This document shows, piece after piece, positions 27,529 through 39,271 of a stretch of 64,000 nucleotides of DNA; the stretch's first letter is position 1, and the number at the start of each line of letters is the position of its first letter. The notes beneath the pieces were generated by a model. It was given only the letters and a program-made list of their open reading frames with translations, did not search any database and was not told the origin of the DNA. The position numbers and the translations under genes were made by a program. The DNA comes from Eledone cirrhosa (lineage: Eukaryota), in assembly GCA_964016885.1 (NCBI GenBank), contig OZ024742.1:157604001-157668000 (forward strand), given 5' to 3'.

Positions 27529-29089
27529 GAAATATAATAAATGAATGTAATAGATAAAATCCATGAGGCTGAAAATCCGAGGACGACCGACCCTCTAACA
27601 TCCTCCACTTTAGCCGGTCGCCCTCAAGTATTGGCTTTTCGGTCTACTTGAGGCCATCTGGTGAGGGGGCTAAAGCTTATAGTGTGCTACTACCTTCCCG
27701 GTCAAATAGAAAGGAAGACGAAGACCAGTCCGCGTTAATATCACGCTACAAGAAAAAAGAAAGAGGAAGAAAAGAAAGAAGAAGAAAGGTCAGCGTTAGT
27801 GTCAAACTACAAGCAGAAAGAAAGAGGAAGAGAACTCCGTACTGCTGATGTACTGCTACACTCAGGCCAGGAATGCCGCGAAAAAATGTATTCTAAAGGA
27901 CCCGTATATTAACAGAGGTATATATTATAACAGAGGTAAATATAGTGGGGCTCTGCATGTTACAATGTTCGAGCAGAATATTGGAACGTTAAATGTTTGT
28001 TTAGATTTATAGAATGAAGTTACAAAAATGTAAAACTTTAAGATTAACATTATAAAATTATAAAATTGAAAATTAAACAGTTTTAATTTTTTAAGGGTGT
28101 GGGGTTCGAAGTTTAGTTAAAGAAAGAGTATTTTATGAAGAAACTTTAATTGTATTATAGAGTAAAGATTATGTCCTTGTTTAGCAGTCAGACAGCATGC
28201 GGCGACTGCAGGCTCCGGCCAACCCATCCCAACCGCGTGTCAGCCATTCCGAGTAAGATAGCCTAGCGAAAGATATCAGGAAATCAATTTTTCCAAGCAC
28301 TCTAGGAATGTATATCAGGCTTCGGGTGTGCTTGTGGAAGTGAGCCCTCGTCGTTAGGCCATCTGTGTACCAAACTAGTACTATTAATTTACCCAGGAGG
28401 AGGATTTGTTTAAGTAGAGGGGGGCATGATACATCTAATAGTTATGATTTAAAGGTACTATATGGCGGCTAAAAAACGGCTGCGCGTCGGGCGACTGGGG
28501 CGAATTTCCGCTCGGAGTAATTTCATTTACCGAAAGAAGGGGAAATCTATTTTTCCAAGCACTCAAGGTAGGCCTATGCGCCAGGTGGCCGGCCCCGCAG
28601 CCAGGAAAACCAACCCAACAGTCCGAGAGAAAATTGGAACGTTAAATTTTTGTTTAGATTCATAGGATGGCGTTAACTCCGTACTAGCACCACCAACTAC
28701 AAAAACGAAGATGGTTGAACTGCTTTACGTTGAGTACTCTCCATATTATTACATTAAGATTGACCATGCGGAATTGACCAGCTCTATCCAGTGGGAGACC
28801 TTCAAACCTGAATAAATATATATATATATATTTACATTCTTTTGTTTGTTTCGGTCATTTTGCTATGCCATGTTGGGGCTTCACTTACATGAGCATACCG
28901 ACCACAGGACTGATTCTTTTATGACCGGATGCAAGGATATAATGAAGCAAGCTGTTGTATTGCGAATTTTATGAATCAGGTCACTGCTAAACATGCCTTC
29001 TTGTATGCCTCTATTATGAATTACCTTATCTTAGTAATACTGCTAGTATATATACATATATATATATATATATATACTCCTACACACAT

Positions 29090-29332
29090 ACACACATACC
29101 ACCTTCCGCCCTCCCCACTCGGAGCCCTTGTCTCCCTCTCACCTCTACCTCTCCATCTACCCACCAAAACCCCCACACGCCTCACATCCTCGGAACTCTT
29201 TTCCTTTCCACTTTTCTCCTGATGAATGGCTTATGCCCGAAACGTCGTCCCCCACCCCTCACTCTCAAGAGGGAACCTAATACTAACATTTTGCACTGCA
29301 CTCTTTGTTATTGTTTCTGTTTTCTGTTTTAA

Positions 29333-29335
<3 letters not shown>
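29090..29335 (+). mobile_element. Solo PLE 3' end/pLTR with a minimal hammerhead core (same family as 36420-36595)
   Basis: CTGATGAATGGCTTATGCCCGAAACGTCGTC at 29219-29249, followed by CACTCTCAAGA as at ~36520; ends in (TA)n. Confidence 0.7.
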
Positions 29336-29391
<56 letters not shown>

Positions 29392-30113
29392 TGCCTACTT
29401 ATCTTCAACTTATATATATATATATCATGCCTACTTATCTTCAAATTATTTTTAACAATCTCATATTTTTTATATTTACATTTTTCATGCTCCATATCTT
29501 TCTGAAATAATGACAATAGTTGTAATATAATTAGTTGACTCTCCATTGCCTTAGTTGACACTGCGGATGACGCACAATAGACGGGTTAAGGTTATATAAT
29601 GTCACAGAATAAATATTGCATATTACATATTAAATGTTAAAATAACATAATGTATTGTCTCAAATTGAAAACAATAACTTGTTTTTCTCTTAAGTCTGAT
29701 TTTTATACGCAGAAATGGATGAAAGAGCAACAAAAATGCTATTTATAGAAAGAAACATTCCCCAGTCACCATAACGATAGAATGTCATTTGTCGTGATTG
29801 GTCGTAGTGCGTGGTACTTACATGAATTATCGTATGTAAAGTCCGTATTATTTTCTTCGGATCGAGTCTGTCAATTACTGCCCGCCAGTCTCCTTCCGTC
29901 ACAAACGCGCAAACACCCAATAGAAAAGAAACGCTTAACGGAATACCTTAACAGGAATTTGAACTTCGAATACTTTTTCAAGTTGGCAAGGAAAATGATA
30001 ATTCTATTTATTCAAAATACATCCATCTCTATGGCATGGCTCTCCTTTCTGATTTGTCTCTATCTTTATGCCTCTATTTGAAATGAATTAGAGCAATGGC
30101 TATTATATATCAT

Positions 30114-30750
30114 TAGGCAGTATCGGTAGAGGGTCGGACGCCATGCATAATTACGTCCCTTTACGTTCTGAGATCAAATCCGGTTGAGGTTAACCTTGCC
30201 TTTCATCATTATGGGGTTGATCAAATAAAGTATCAGTAATACACTGGGTAATTGCTGGCCTTGTGCCTAAAGTAGAAACAATTATTATTATTATTATGGC
30301 CTAGCATAGAGTTACGTCCCTTTACGGACTGAGTTTAAATCCCCCCAAGGTTAACTTTGGCTTTCATCCTTACGGGGTCGATAAAATAAAGTACCAGTAA
30401 TGTACTGGGTAATTGCTGGCCTTGTGCCAATAGTAGAAACAATTATTTGGATTGGCGGTATCGGTAGAGGGTCGGACGCCATGGTTTCGAGCATAGTTAC
30501 GTCCCTTTACAATCTGAGTTCAAATCCCGCCGAAGTTGAATTTGCCTTTCATCTTTACGGGGTCGATAAAATAAAGTACCAGTAATGTACTGCGTAATTG
30601 CTGGCCTTGTGCCTAAAGTAGAAAACATTATTAATTAACTATATCCAAGGTTAACCTTGCCTTTCATACTTACGGGGTCGATAAAATAAAGTACCAGTAA
30701 TCCACTGGGTAATTGCTGGCCTTATGCTTAACGTAGAAACAATTATTAAT
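30114..30750 (+). mobile_element. Tandem array (~4 full or partial units) of the tRNA-derived SINE
   Basis: Repeated GGCAGTATCGGTAGAGGGTCGGAC..GAGTTCAAATCCCGCCG..GCCTTTCATCCTTACGGGGTCGATAAAATAAAGTACCAG..GTAGAAACAATTATT. Confidence 0.9.
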
Positions 30751-32016
30751 TAACTATATATTGATCTATTACACTATTACTATGACGCATCTCTGCCGAT
30801 ACATGCCTCCCATATTTGTATAAGTTAGAAATATTCAATATACGCTATGTCATATTATTTGACAAATTTAAATGAAATACTTTTTCCAAGCATCTATCAC
30901 TAAAATGAAAAAGCAGATGAAACACATTTTCATCATGCATATAAGTAGATTTATTCCAGCCATCTCAACAGTGGGTCCCTGTGTAATGGTGTTGCGGTGG
31001 ATTGTATTCAGTAGGGTTTGTTCTCGCAACGTTTTCCTTCCTCCGACAAACACTGAGAAATGATCGATGCATATAATGAAAACATGATGAAATAACTCGA
31101 GTGTTTGAGAAAGTAATTTCCCATGTTCAAATACCGTCTTTGTAGTAATCTGCTATAATATAGTACAGCATTGGATATTTGCACCAACACGAAAAAACAA
31201 TACAACACTGAATTGACAGTTTAACATAATTAAACGAGAGTGTAACACGTTTTATTTCTGGTCCACTACACATATACTGTTAAATTTCGAAATGCATCAA
31301 TGTGACTGTATCATGCCATTTCACATAAAAACAAGAATTATTGTTTTCATAGATGTTGTCAATAATTTACACACAAAACATTGGTATTAACAAGCAATTT
31401 GAAATATTCACATTGTCTCTGTCGTTTAATATCAATCTAACTTTTGAAAGAAATGTACTGGAGTAATGTCTATATAACCTCGTTTTAAGATACGCATTAT
31501 GTTATATGTTTATAGTAAATATTGATTTTTCATCATGGATTATCCAGTACACAATAGAAGTATTCTAGCTTCTCTGATGCATTGTTCCATTTACTTCTTT
31601 CCGATTAAAACGTGCAGCGACAAAGTTTATGTCATTTAATCTACACATCAAAGAAGCGTAAAAGTAAAATGGCCTCAAAAGAATACTTTGAATATTTAAT
31701 GATATATAGACTCGCTTGTTGAATAGGTGTATTTATTTAGCTAATAAGGCAGTGGTAATTTCTGGCAGCAATTTTGCTCGATCCTTTAACTAATTCAGAC
31801 TAAATAAATTTAAGCGTATGACATCGTTATCTTAGGAGTATATTATAGAGATTATAAAGCTTCAAACATAATTAACATTGATCTTGGTTTTTTGTATAAT
31901 TCACTAACTAGCGATTTCGCATCAGTAGATGTATCTTGTCTCACTGTGATATATATATATATCGTTTCTGAATTTATTTAGCAAGATTCTTTATCTGAAA
32001 ACCTGTGTTGAAACAG

Positions 32017-32462
32017 ATATTGTTATGCTTTGGGAGGGTCATGTTGCCAATAAGAAACACACGCACCAGTTGATTTTACTTCAATTTATTATAAATTTAA
32101 TTTATAAATTTAGGAATTTATAAATGTGCGGTTAGTTGGTTGGTTCCACAACCAGACAATTGTTCATATATTGTCAAAGTTATTTCGTCACACATTATGT
32201 GACCTCTTCAGTGACTGGGGATTCTTTTCTTTGTTTTTGTGCCTCTCCTTTGTTCTGTCCTACGCCATCTTGTTTTTTGTGTGTGCTGTGTGCTTAGTTT
32301 GCGCATGTGTTACATCCGGGTGTCTGTGTGTGTTTATATTAAGCAACCAACCAGCAGGAAATTTATAAATTCCTAAATTTATTAATTTAATTTATAAATA
32401 AATTGAAGTGAAAGCCACTGGTGCATGTGTTTCTCATTGGCAACATGACCCTCCCAAAGCAT

Positions 32463-32470
<8 letters not shown>
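32017..32470 (-). mobile_element. Non-coding fold-back element with ~125-bp inverted termini and an internal hammerhead
   Basis: 32017-32143 is the reverse complement of ~32345-32470; terminus ATATTGTTATGCTTTGGGAGGGTCAT resembles the PLE termini at 36651, 39185 and 39264. Confidence 0.85.
32172..32216 (-). ncRNA. Type I hammerhead motif
   Basis: GTCA-CTGAAGA-G-GTCACA-TAATG-TGTGAC-GAAA-TAAC-TT-TGAC. Confidence 0.8.
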
Positions 32471-32498
<28 letters not shown>

Positions 32499-33111
32499 GT
32501 ATGAAACACTTCTAATCCTGTGGAAGCCATTTCTATATATAGGCAAAGAGAAAACGGAATCAGCGGATCAAACACATCAGTACAATTAAAGAATATACTA
32601 GTTTAACCCCTAATAAAGTAGGGAAAGAGTTTTAAGTTTCGGACACTAGTACTTAATCGGAAGTTATTTTGAAGAATAAAAGATGAAATAGAAAGATAGA
32701 AATGAGAAGAGGAAGGAACGGAAGAAATATCTTTGAGAAGCACGTGTGTATTCCGAAAACCATTTTGGAGATAAGATATATATATATATATTTATGTATA
32801 TCTGTGATTTCTTGCTTGCTTGTTTGTAATGTAATACAGCCAAAAGTGCGGATAATGGGAAAATACTTTGAAAGGATGTTGCTGCTGAAATGGGAATAGA
32901 AATGGAATGAAACAAGAGTCGCGTCAATCGAAACACGGGTTCCCGAGATATGGGGTTTTCTGGGTACCTTCATAAACAGAGAGGAAGAAAGAGAAAGAGA
33001 GAGAGGTTGTGAGAGAGTATATTGAAAGAGAGAGAGGGAGACGAGATACAGAATGAGAATGGAAGAGAGAGAGAGAGGTGATGGGGTTGTTGTGTATATA
33101 TATATATATAC

Positions 33112-33143
<32 letters not shown>

Positions 33144-33262
33144 ACTTCGATTACTAGTGTATATAGATTACAGACATCCACATATATATATAGACACACA
33201 CATAAATATATTATATATATATATACAATATTAAATAAATGGAAAACTATATTTATAAAACC

Positions 33263-33339
33263 ATATTTATTTCATTATATATATTTCGGGGATATCATAT
33301 TAACAATATGCTATGCCTTCATCAGACAAAATACAATAT
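33263..33339 (-). ncRNA. Type I hammerhead ribozyme (mirror copy)
   Basis: Reverse complement of 33482-33558. Confidence 0.8.
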
Positions 33340-33481
33340 AAACAGTTTTATAGATAAATAGATTCGACATACCGTAATAAACACCGACTTCATTTGAAGA
33401 GGTTTACGCTAGCGTAAACCTCTTCAAATGAAGTCGGTGTTTATTACGGTATGTCGAATCTATTTATCTATAAAACTGTTT

Positions 33482-33558
33482 ATATTGTATTTTGTCTGAT
33501 GAAGGCATAGCATATTGTTAATATGATATCCCCGAAATATATATAATGAAATAAATAT
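33482..33558 (+). ncRNA. Type I hammerhead ribozyme
   Basis: ATATTGTATTTTGT-CTGATGA-[AGGCATAGCATATT GTT AATATGATATCCCC]-GAAA-TATATA-TA-ATGAAATAAATAT; helix I pairs with G-U wobbles and one bulge. Confidence 0.8.
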
Positions 33559-33710
33559 GGTTTTATAAATATAGTTTTCCATTTATTTAATATTGTAAAT
33601 ATACTCCAAATATTTGTCGAGTGCTTTTATATCAGTTATAAATATTTACTAGTTGTAACCCAACAATTTTAAATATAACTTTACTTATACATATATATAT
33701 ATATATATAT

Positions 33711-36589
33711 CACCCTCAACTGTTTCTCCTTCTCGGGTGAGTTTTACCAACAGGTCACGGGGGTAGCCATGGACACAAGAATGGGCCCAAACTATGCCGA
33801 CCTTTTTGTTGGCCATGTTGAGGCCCAAATATTTGCCCAGTACACCGGCCCCACGCCCGAATTGTACGGTTGTTACATCGACGACTGTATCGGAGCCACG
33901 ACCCTCACCCGAGAACAGCTCGACTCCTTTCTCTCTTCTTCTGCTCCTTCCACCCCTCCCTCCACCTCACCACTTCTATCTCCACCACCCACGTCCACTT
34001 CTTAGACATCTCTGTCGCCTTCGACCCCTCTCATCACTCCCTCGTCACCTCCGCCTTCTTCAAACCCACCGACTCCCACTCCTATCTCGACTTCATCTCT
34101 TCCCACTCTACACACAATAAAAACTCTATTCCCTACACCCAACTCCTCAGGATCCGCCACCTCTGTAGCCGAGACGCTGACTTTGAGTCCCAGGCCCTTC
34201 TCCTAGTCAGCCATTTCATCCGCAGAGGTCCCGCCCCCTCTCGTTTACACCGTTCTCACTCGCGCCTGTGCTGTCCACCGCTTCACCACCCTCAACCGAA
34301 GCCACCGCACACCCACCCAATGTCTACCACCTATGTCTACCTATGTCTACCTACCACCCATCCACCCTACCCCTCCACCCTACCACCTCCACCCTACCAC
34401 ATCCACCCTACCCCTCCACCCTATCCCTTCACCGCACCATCCTCCGCCTCTTCCGACGCCTGCAGTCCGACCCCTCCACCTCCCACATCTTTCCAGCCCC
34501 ACCACTCCCTCCTTCAAACGCGCACGCAATCTCCACACCCTCCTCGTCCGCAGCTCCATACCCCCAATCCACACCCCCCCCACGCTTCCCTTCCCTGTTC
34601 CAGGCCTCGTTGCAACACCTGTCCCCACATCACCAACACCAAAACCTTCCAGGGTCCAAAGGTCACTCTCTCTCTCTGTCCGGCATGCCTTCCGCTGCAC
34701 CTCCTCCAACCTAGTGTATGGACTTCGCTGCACGGAGTGCATCGCAACCTACGTCGGAGTGACTGGATTACGCCTGGCGGACCGTTTTACCGAACACCTC
34801 CGGGATATTCGTCTCGGCGGGAGTTTCCTTATCGCCCGCCACTTTGGCGCCCCTGGACATTCCGCGCACCACCTCACAGTCTGTGGTCTACTCCAATGCC
34901 ACGGAATACCCGCCACCCTCCTCAGGGTCGAACAACGCACCATCTTCACCCTACAGACCCACACTCCCCCCGGCCTGAACTCCCCATCCCTATTCATTTA
35001 GCCTTCTACCGCCCTGTTCCCCGCCACACACACACACACATATCCCCCACTAACACCACTAACACACTCCTCCTTTTCACCGCCCACCCACAACTAACAA
35101 TACTAACACCTCCACCACAAACCCGACCACCCTTCCCCAACTAACAATACTAACATCCTTTCTTCTCCCCCCTCCCCTTATCACGCACACACCCACCGGT
35201 ACATATATACACTAACCACACATCCTACTACCACAACTAACCCTCACCCACACATCTACTCCCAACACCCGAACACTAATACCACTAACAGCCCTCCGAC
35301 CCATGCCCACGAACACACGCACCCACTTACACCACCCACTCTACACACCCTACCAACACTGAGCCCCACTAACACCCGCATTCAACCCTTTCTCCACCAC
35401 CAGTATACTAACACCCACTAACACCCCTTCACCACATACACACTCATCCAAACACGCACACACACACACTAGTACACTACACTCCCTCCACCGGCCCCCA
35501 CACATTTCTCTTCCCCTCCCTCTCCCCGCTCCACCCACACCCTGTCTCTCACATACACCCACACACACATCCCACTAACATCTCTACAAACCCACCCCCA
35601 TCCCCACTCCACCTTTCACACCTACACATCTGTTCCCCTGTCCACCGCGCATCCGCACACACTGATACACCGACTTTCTCCACCTGCCATTCTCCCCGAC
35701 TGCTGCTATGCCCTGAATCTCTGACCACCTCTCCGCACACACAGACACACAACCCACCTCCTGCCTTGACCCTCTGACCACTTCCTGTTCCTCGCGAATC
35801 CCACATCTCCCCACTTCCGACCAACCCAAGCACAGATTACACACATTGGACATCGCTCCCACGAATCAACTCCATCACAAGGAAATTATCCGGCAACCCA
35901 CCACATCCTCTGCGGAACTATCTTATGAACTTACCCACGTATGTGACACATACACATACCACGTATGTCACGCATACACATACACTCAAAACAATTTTTT
36001 TCCCACACGCCGCCTACATCCGCTATACGTATAAACACCACACATACACGTGCGTACCACCACATTTTTACACACTCAGTCTCCGGAATCCTAACACACC
36101 TCTCCCCACTCATCTGACCCCTCCCCATCCACACACGCACGCACACACCGACCTACACCCCACTCCATACACCCCGTTCTTCTCCCAACTCTCACATTCA
36201 CACACACACACACACATACACACACGTACACCTACACTTACACACAACCTTCAGCCCTCCCCGCTCGGACACCCCGCCTCCCCTCCCCACTAAACCCGCA
36301 ACCACACCTACACGCCCCACAGCCTTCCACCACGTGTTTAACTTCATGTTTATTTTTATTTAATTATGCTTTTATATTTATTTTCATTTGTACCATTTCC
36401 TCTCACCCCCTTTTTTCTAAATGTCTCTCCCCCACTCCCCAACACACCCTTGGAATTATCTTCCCACACACCTTTCGCCTGAAGAAGGTTTATGCTCGAA
36501 ACGTCGTTCCCCACCACCCCACTCTCAAGAACGTGAAACTAATAAACCTTTGTTCGTACTGCCTCTCTGTTTTGTTCCCGTTCAATTTT

Positions 36590-36595
<6 letters not shown>
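33711..36595 (+). mobile_element. 5'-truncated, frameshifted Penelope-like element (Poseidon-like) with a long C/A-rich 3' region and pLTR
   Basis: RT motifs FYQQVTGVAMDTRMGPNYADL, YIDD, VHFLDI, FKPTDSHSYL, SIPYTQLLRIRHLCS; GIY-YIG CSRPRCNTC..NLVYGLRCTECIATYVGVTGLRLADRFTEH..PPGLN; HHR core at 36479-36508. Confidence 0.93.
36479..36508 (+). ncRNA. Minimal or degenerate hammerhead core
   Basis: CTGAAGAAGGTTTATGCTCGAAACGTCGTT; helix I not convincing. Confidence 0.55.
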
Positions 36596-36650
<55 letters not shown>

Positions 36651-36658
<8 letters not shown>

Positions 36659-39185
36659 ATACTTGGGGAGGGTCATATTTGCGTAATATTGCCAGAATTA
36701 ATAACAGAACACACTCACTGTTTGGTTGGTTTTCGCTTCTCGCTGTCTTTTATATCTGCAATCTAACTTACTCGGTCCTCAATGTTGCCATTGACTGACC
36801 GACGGTCAAAAATAATACAGATACAATATAGACACAAACACATATATATAGTTTACATAATTTACATAAATCTTTCGTTGCACATCTGCGAACAAGAACA
36901 ACAAATTCTACGGTTACCACCAAAATTTGCCATCTACAAAAAGATTAACCCTATGGAATGCAAAACGGAGCTGGAAAAGTGTTTCACAAAAATACGTTGG
37001 AATGCAAAGGTAAACAACAACAACAATAATAACGGTAGTAGTAATATAAACAATAACTCTGGGTATAGAAATAACAGCCATAACCATAACAATGGCAGGA
37101 AAGTGAGAAATAGTGATAATGGCAATAATACTAGCGATAGACGGAACAACAACAACCACAATAATAATAATAATAGAAACGTTAACCACAGACACAGCAA
37201 CAGTGACCACAGTAGTAATAACGGTAACAATACGAACAACAACAACAATAACCACAGTGGTAATAATGGAAATAGTACATGTAGCAACATCAATAAAAAC
37301 AAGAAACATAATAATAGTAACAACCACAATGGTAGAAATAACAGTAACAACAACAACAATAACGGTGAAGTAAACAACAATACATCTAGCAATCATAACA
37401 ACAATAATAATGCTAATGACAGAAACAACAACAACCACCCTGATAATAACGACAACAAGAGCAACACACACAACTATGACGATAGATATAATGACAACCC
37501 CTTAGAGAAACTATTTTTCAACCCAGCTGACAAAACATATAAGATGGGTAATATCTATCCTACGAGGTTACCCTTTAATAAAAGAGTTTGCATACCACAG
37601 CAAATAGATGAAGAAACGGAGGCACAGTTCACCATAGCTAGAAATAAGTTTAGACAAGTAGTAGACAGGTATACTAAGAGACAGAGCAAACCAGAGGCCC
37701 AACAACTTGGGAGAAAACCTGTAGAAGGCTTGGTTAGCCTCAAGCAGCGCACAAGGGATGGTGAGGTAGTGTGTCTACCCACAGATAAGTCTGGTAGGAT
37801 GTCAATAGATAGCATGCCGAACTACATCGAGGCTATGCAACCCCACATCACCAACACGAGCGAAGTTGCACAACAAACACACGATGGGAGAGAACAAAAG
37901 AAAAAAAAAATCCTCAACGCTCACATGATGATGTGGACTGACATCCTAAAGCCAAGCAGTCGCACTGCTAACAACTTCCAGGCGTCTAACAATGGCATAC
38001 GACCCTTGTATGGGCTCCACAAAGACCACAAGACAGTCAACGACCCGACAACATGACCACCAACAAGACCCGTATGCGGAGCAAATATAGCTAGCAACTA
38101 CAGGATCTTCTACTTCCTCTCAATGGTTATACGCCCCATAATCAAGATGTCCTCAGATGTATGTGAAAGTACGGAGGACCTCCTCAGCAGAATCAGTGAG
38201 TGCAACAAAAACAGGAGCCTATCCAACTGCGTAATAGGCAGCATGGATGTGGTGTCACTGTACCCATCCATTAACATTGATTTTGCTGTGAAAAGATGTG
38301 TGGAGATGATCATTGAGAGTGAGGTGGAGTTCTGCGACATCGACACAGACGAACTGGGCCTCCTACTTAGACTTACCTACGACACTGACTACCTAGACAG
38401 CCATGATCTTAGATGTTTCTGCCTTAGTAGACCTATAAGAGGTAGACCCCCCACCATAACCTCAATGGCAAAAAAGACTCCCATAGGAAGGTGGATTGGG
38501 TGGACCAAAGCTATACGGACCCCCCAAAACACTGATCAGGTAAGAAAAATGGTCGCACATACAATAGGGGCTAGTATCAAAACTACCCTAAAGGGCCACA
38601 TATTTAAGTTCAATGAGAAAATCTACACCCAAAATGAGGGAGCAGATTTGGTACGAGTGATGAAGAATGTGTCAAGCATGTGCGACCCAACAGAAATGGA
38701 AAGATACATCCAACACTTCATCAACAAGCACATAAACACACACTAGTCACCCAGCAGACACAACACTATACACACTAGTCACACAGCACACATAACACTA
38801 TACACACACGCAAACGCATGCGCAAAGAAGACAAAATAAAATAAACAAACAAGCAAATATAAAAATAAATATATAGACAGACTGAATAAAAAATGGCGTA
38901 GACATACAACACAACAGGAGGAAAAAATATAACACCACTGACGATGTTGCAGATGTGCAACGAAAGATTTATGTAAATTATGTAAACTATATATGTGTTT
39001 GTGTCTATATTGTATCTGTATTATTTTTGACCGTCGGTCAGTCAATGGCAACATTGAGGACCGAGTAAGTTAGATCGCAGATATAAAAGACAGCGAGAAG
39101 CGAAAACCAACCAAACAGTGAGTGTGTTCTGTTATTAATTCTGGCAATATTACGCAAAAATGACCCTCCCCAAGTATAACAATAT
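36651..39185 (+). mobile_element. Internally deleted Penelope-like element with inverted pLTR termini
   Basis: ORFs 36782-38056 (LPPKFA, KIRW, PTDKSG, LYGLHKDHK) and 38123-38746 (GSMDVVSLYPSI); 36651-36889 is the reverse complement of ~38947-39185. Confidence 0.93.
38933..38975 (+). ncRNA. Type I hammerhead motif in the 3' pLTR
   Basis: CACCA-CTGACGA-T-GTTGCA-GATG-TGCAAC-GAAA-GATT-TA-TG; helix I weak. Confidence 0.7.
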
Positions 39186-39240
39186 CTGTTTCGACACACG
39201 ATTTCATATTAAAAACCTCGCTAAACTAATTCATCGCCGC

Positions 39241-39263
<23 letters not shown>

Positions 39264-39271
<8 letters not shown>

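Larger units (their letters stand above)
33224..33597. repeat. Apparently perfect 374-bp palindrome (187-bp arms, no loop) with a hammerhead in each arm
   Basis: Centre GAGGTTTACGCT|AGCGTAAACCTC at 33410/33411; arms match by eye out to 33224/33597. Confidence 0.95.

Noticed and set aside
33870-35144. 424-aa Pro/His-rich ORF as a host gene
   Set aside because: It is a frameshifted PLE read partly out of frame in stop-poor C-rich DNA
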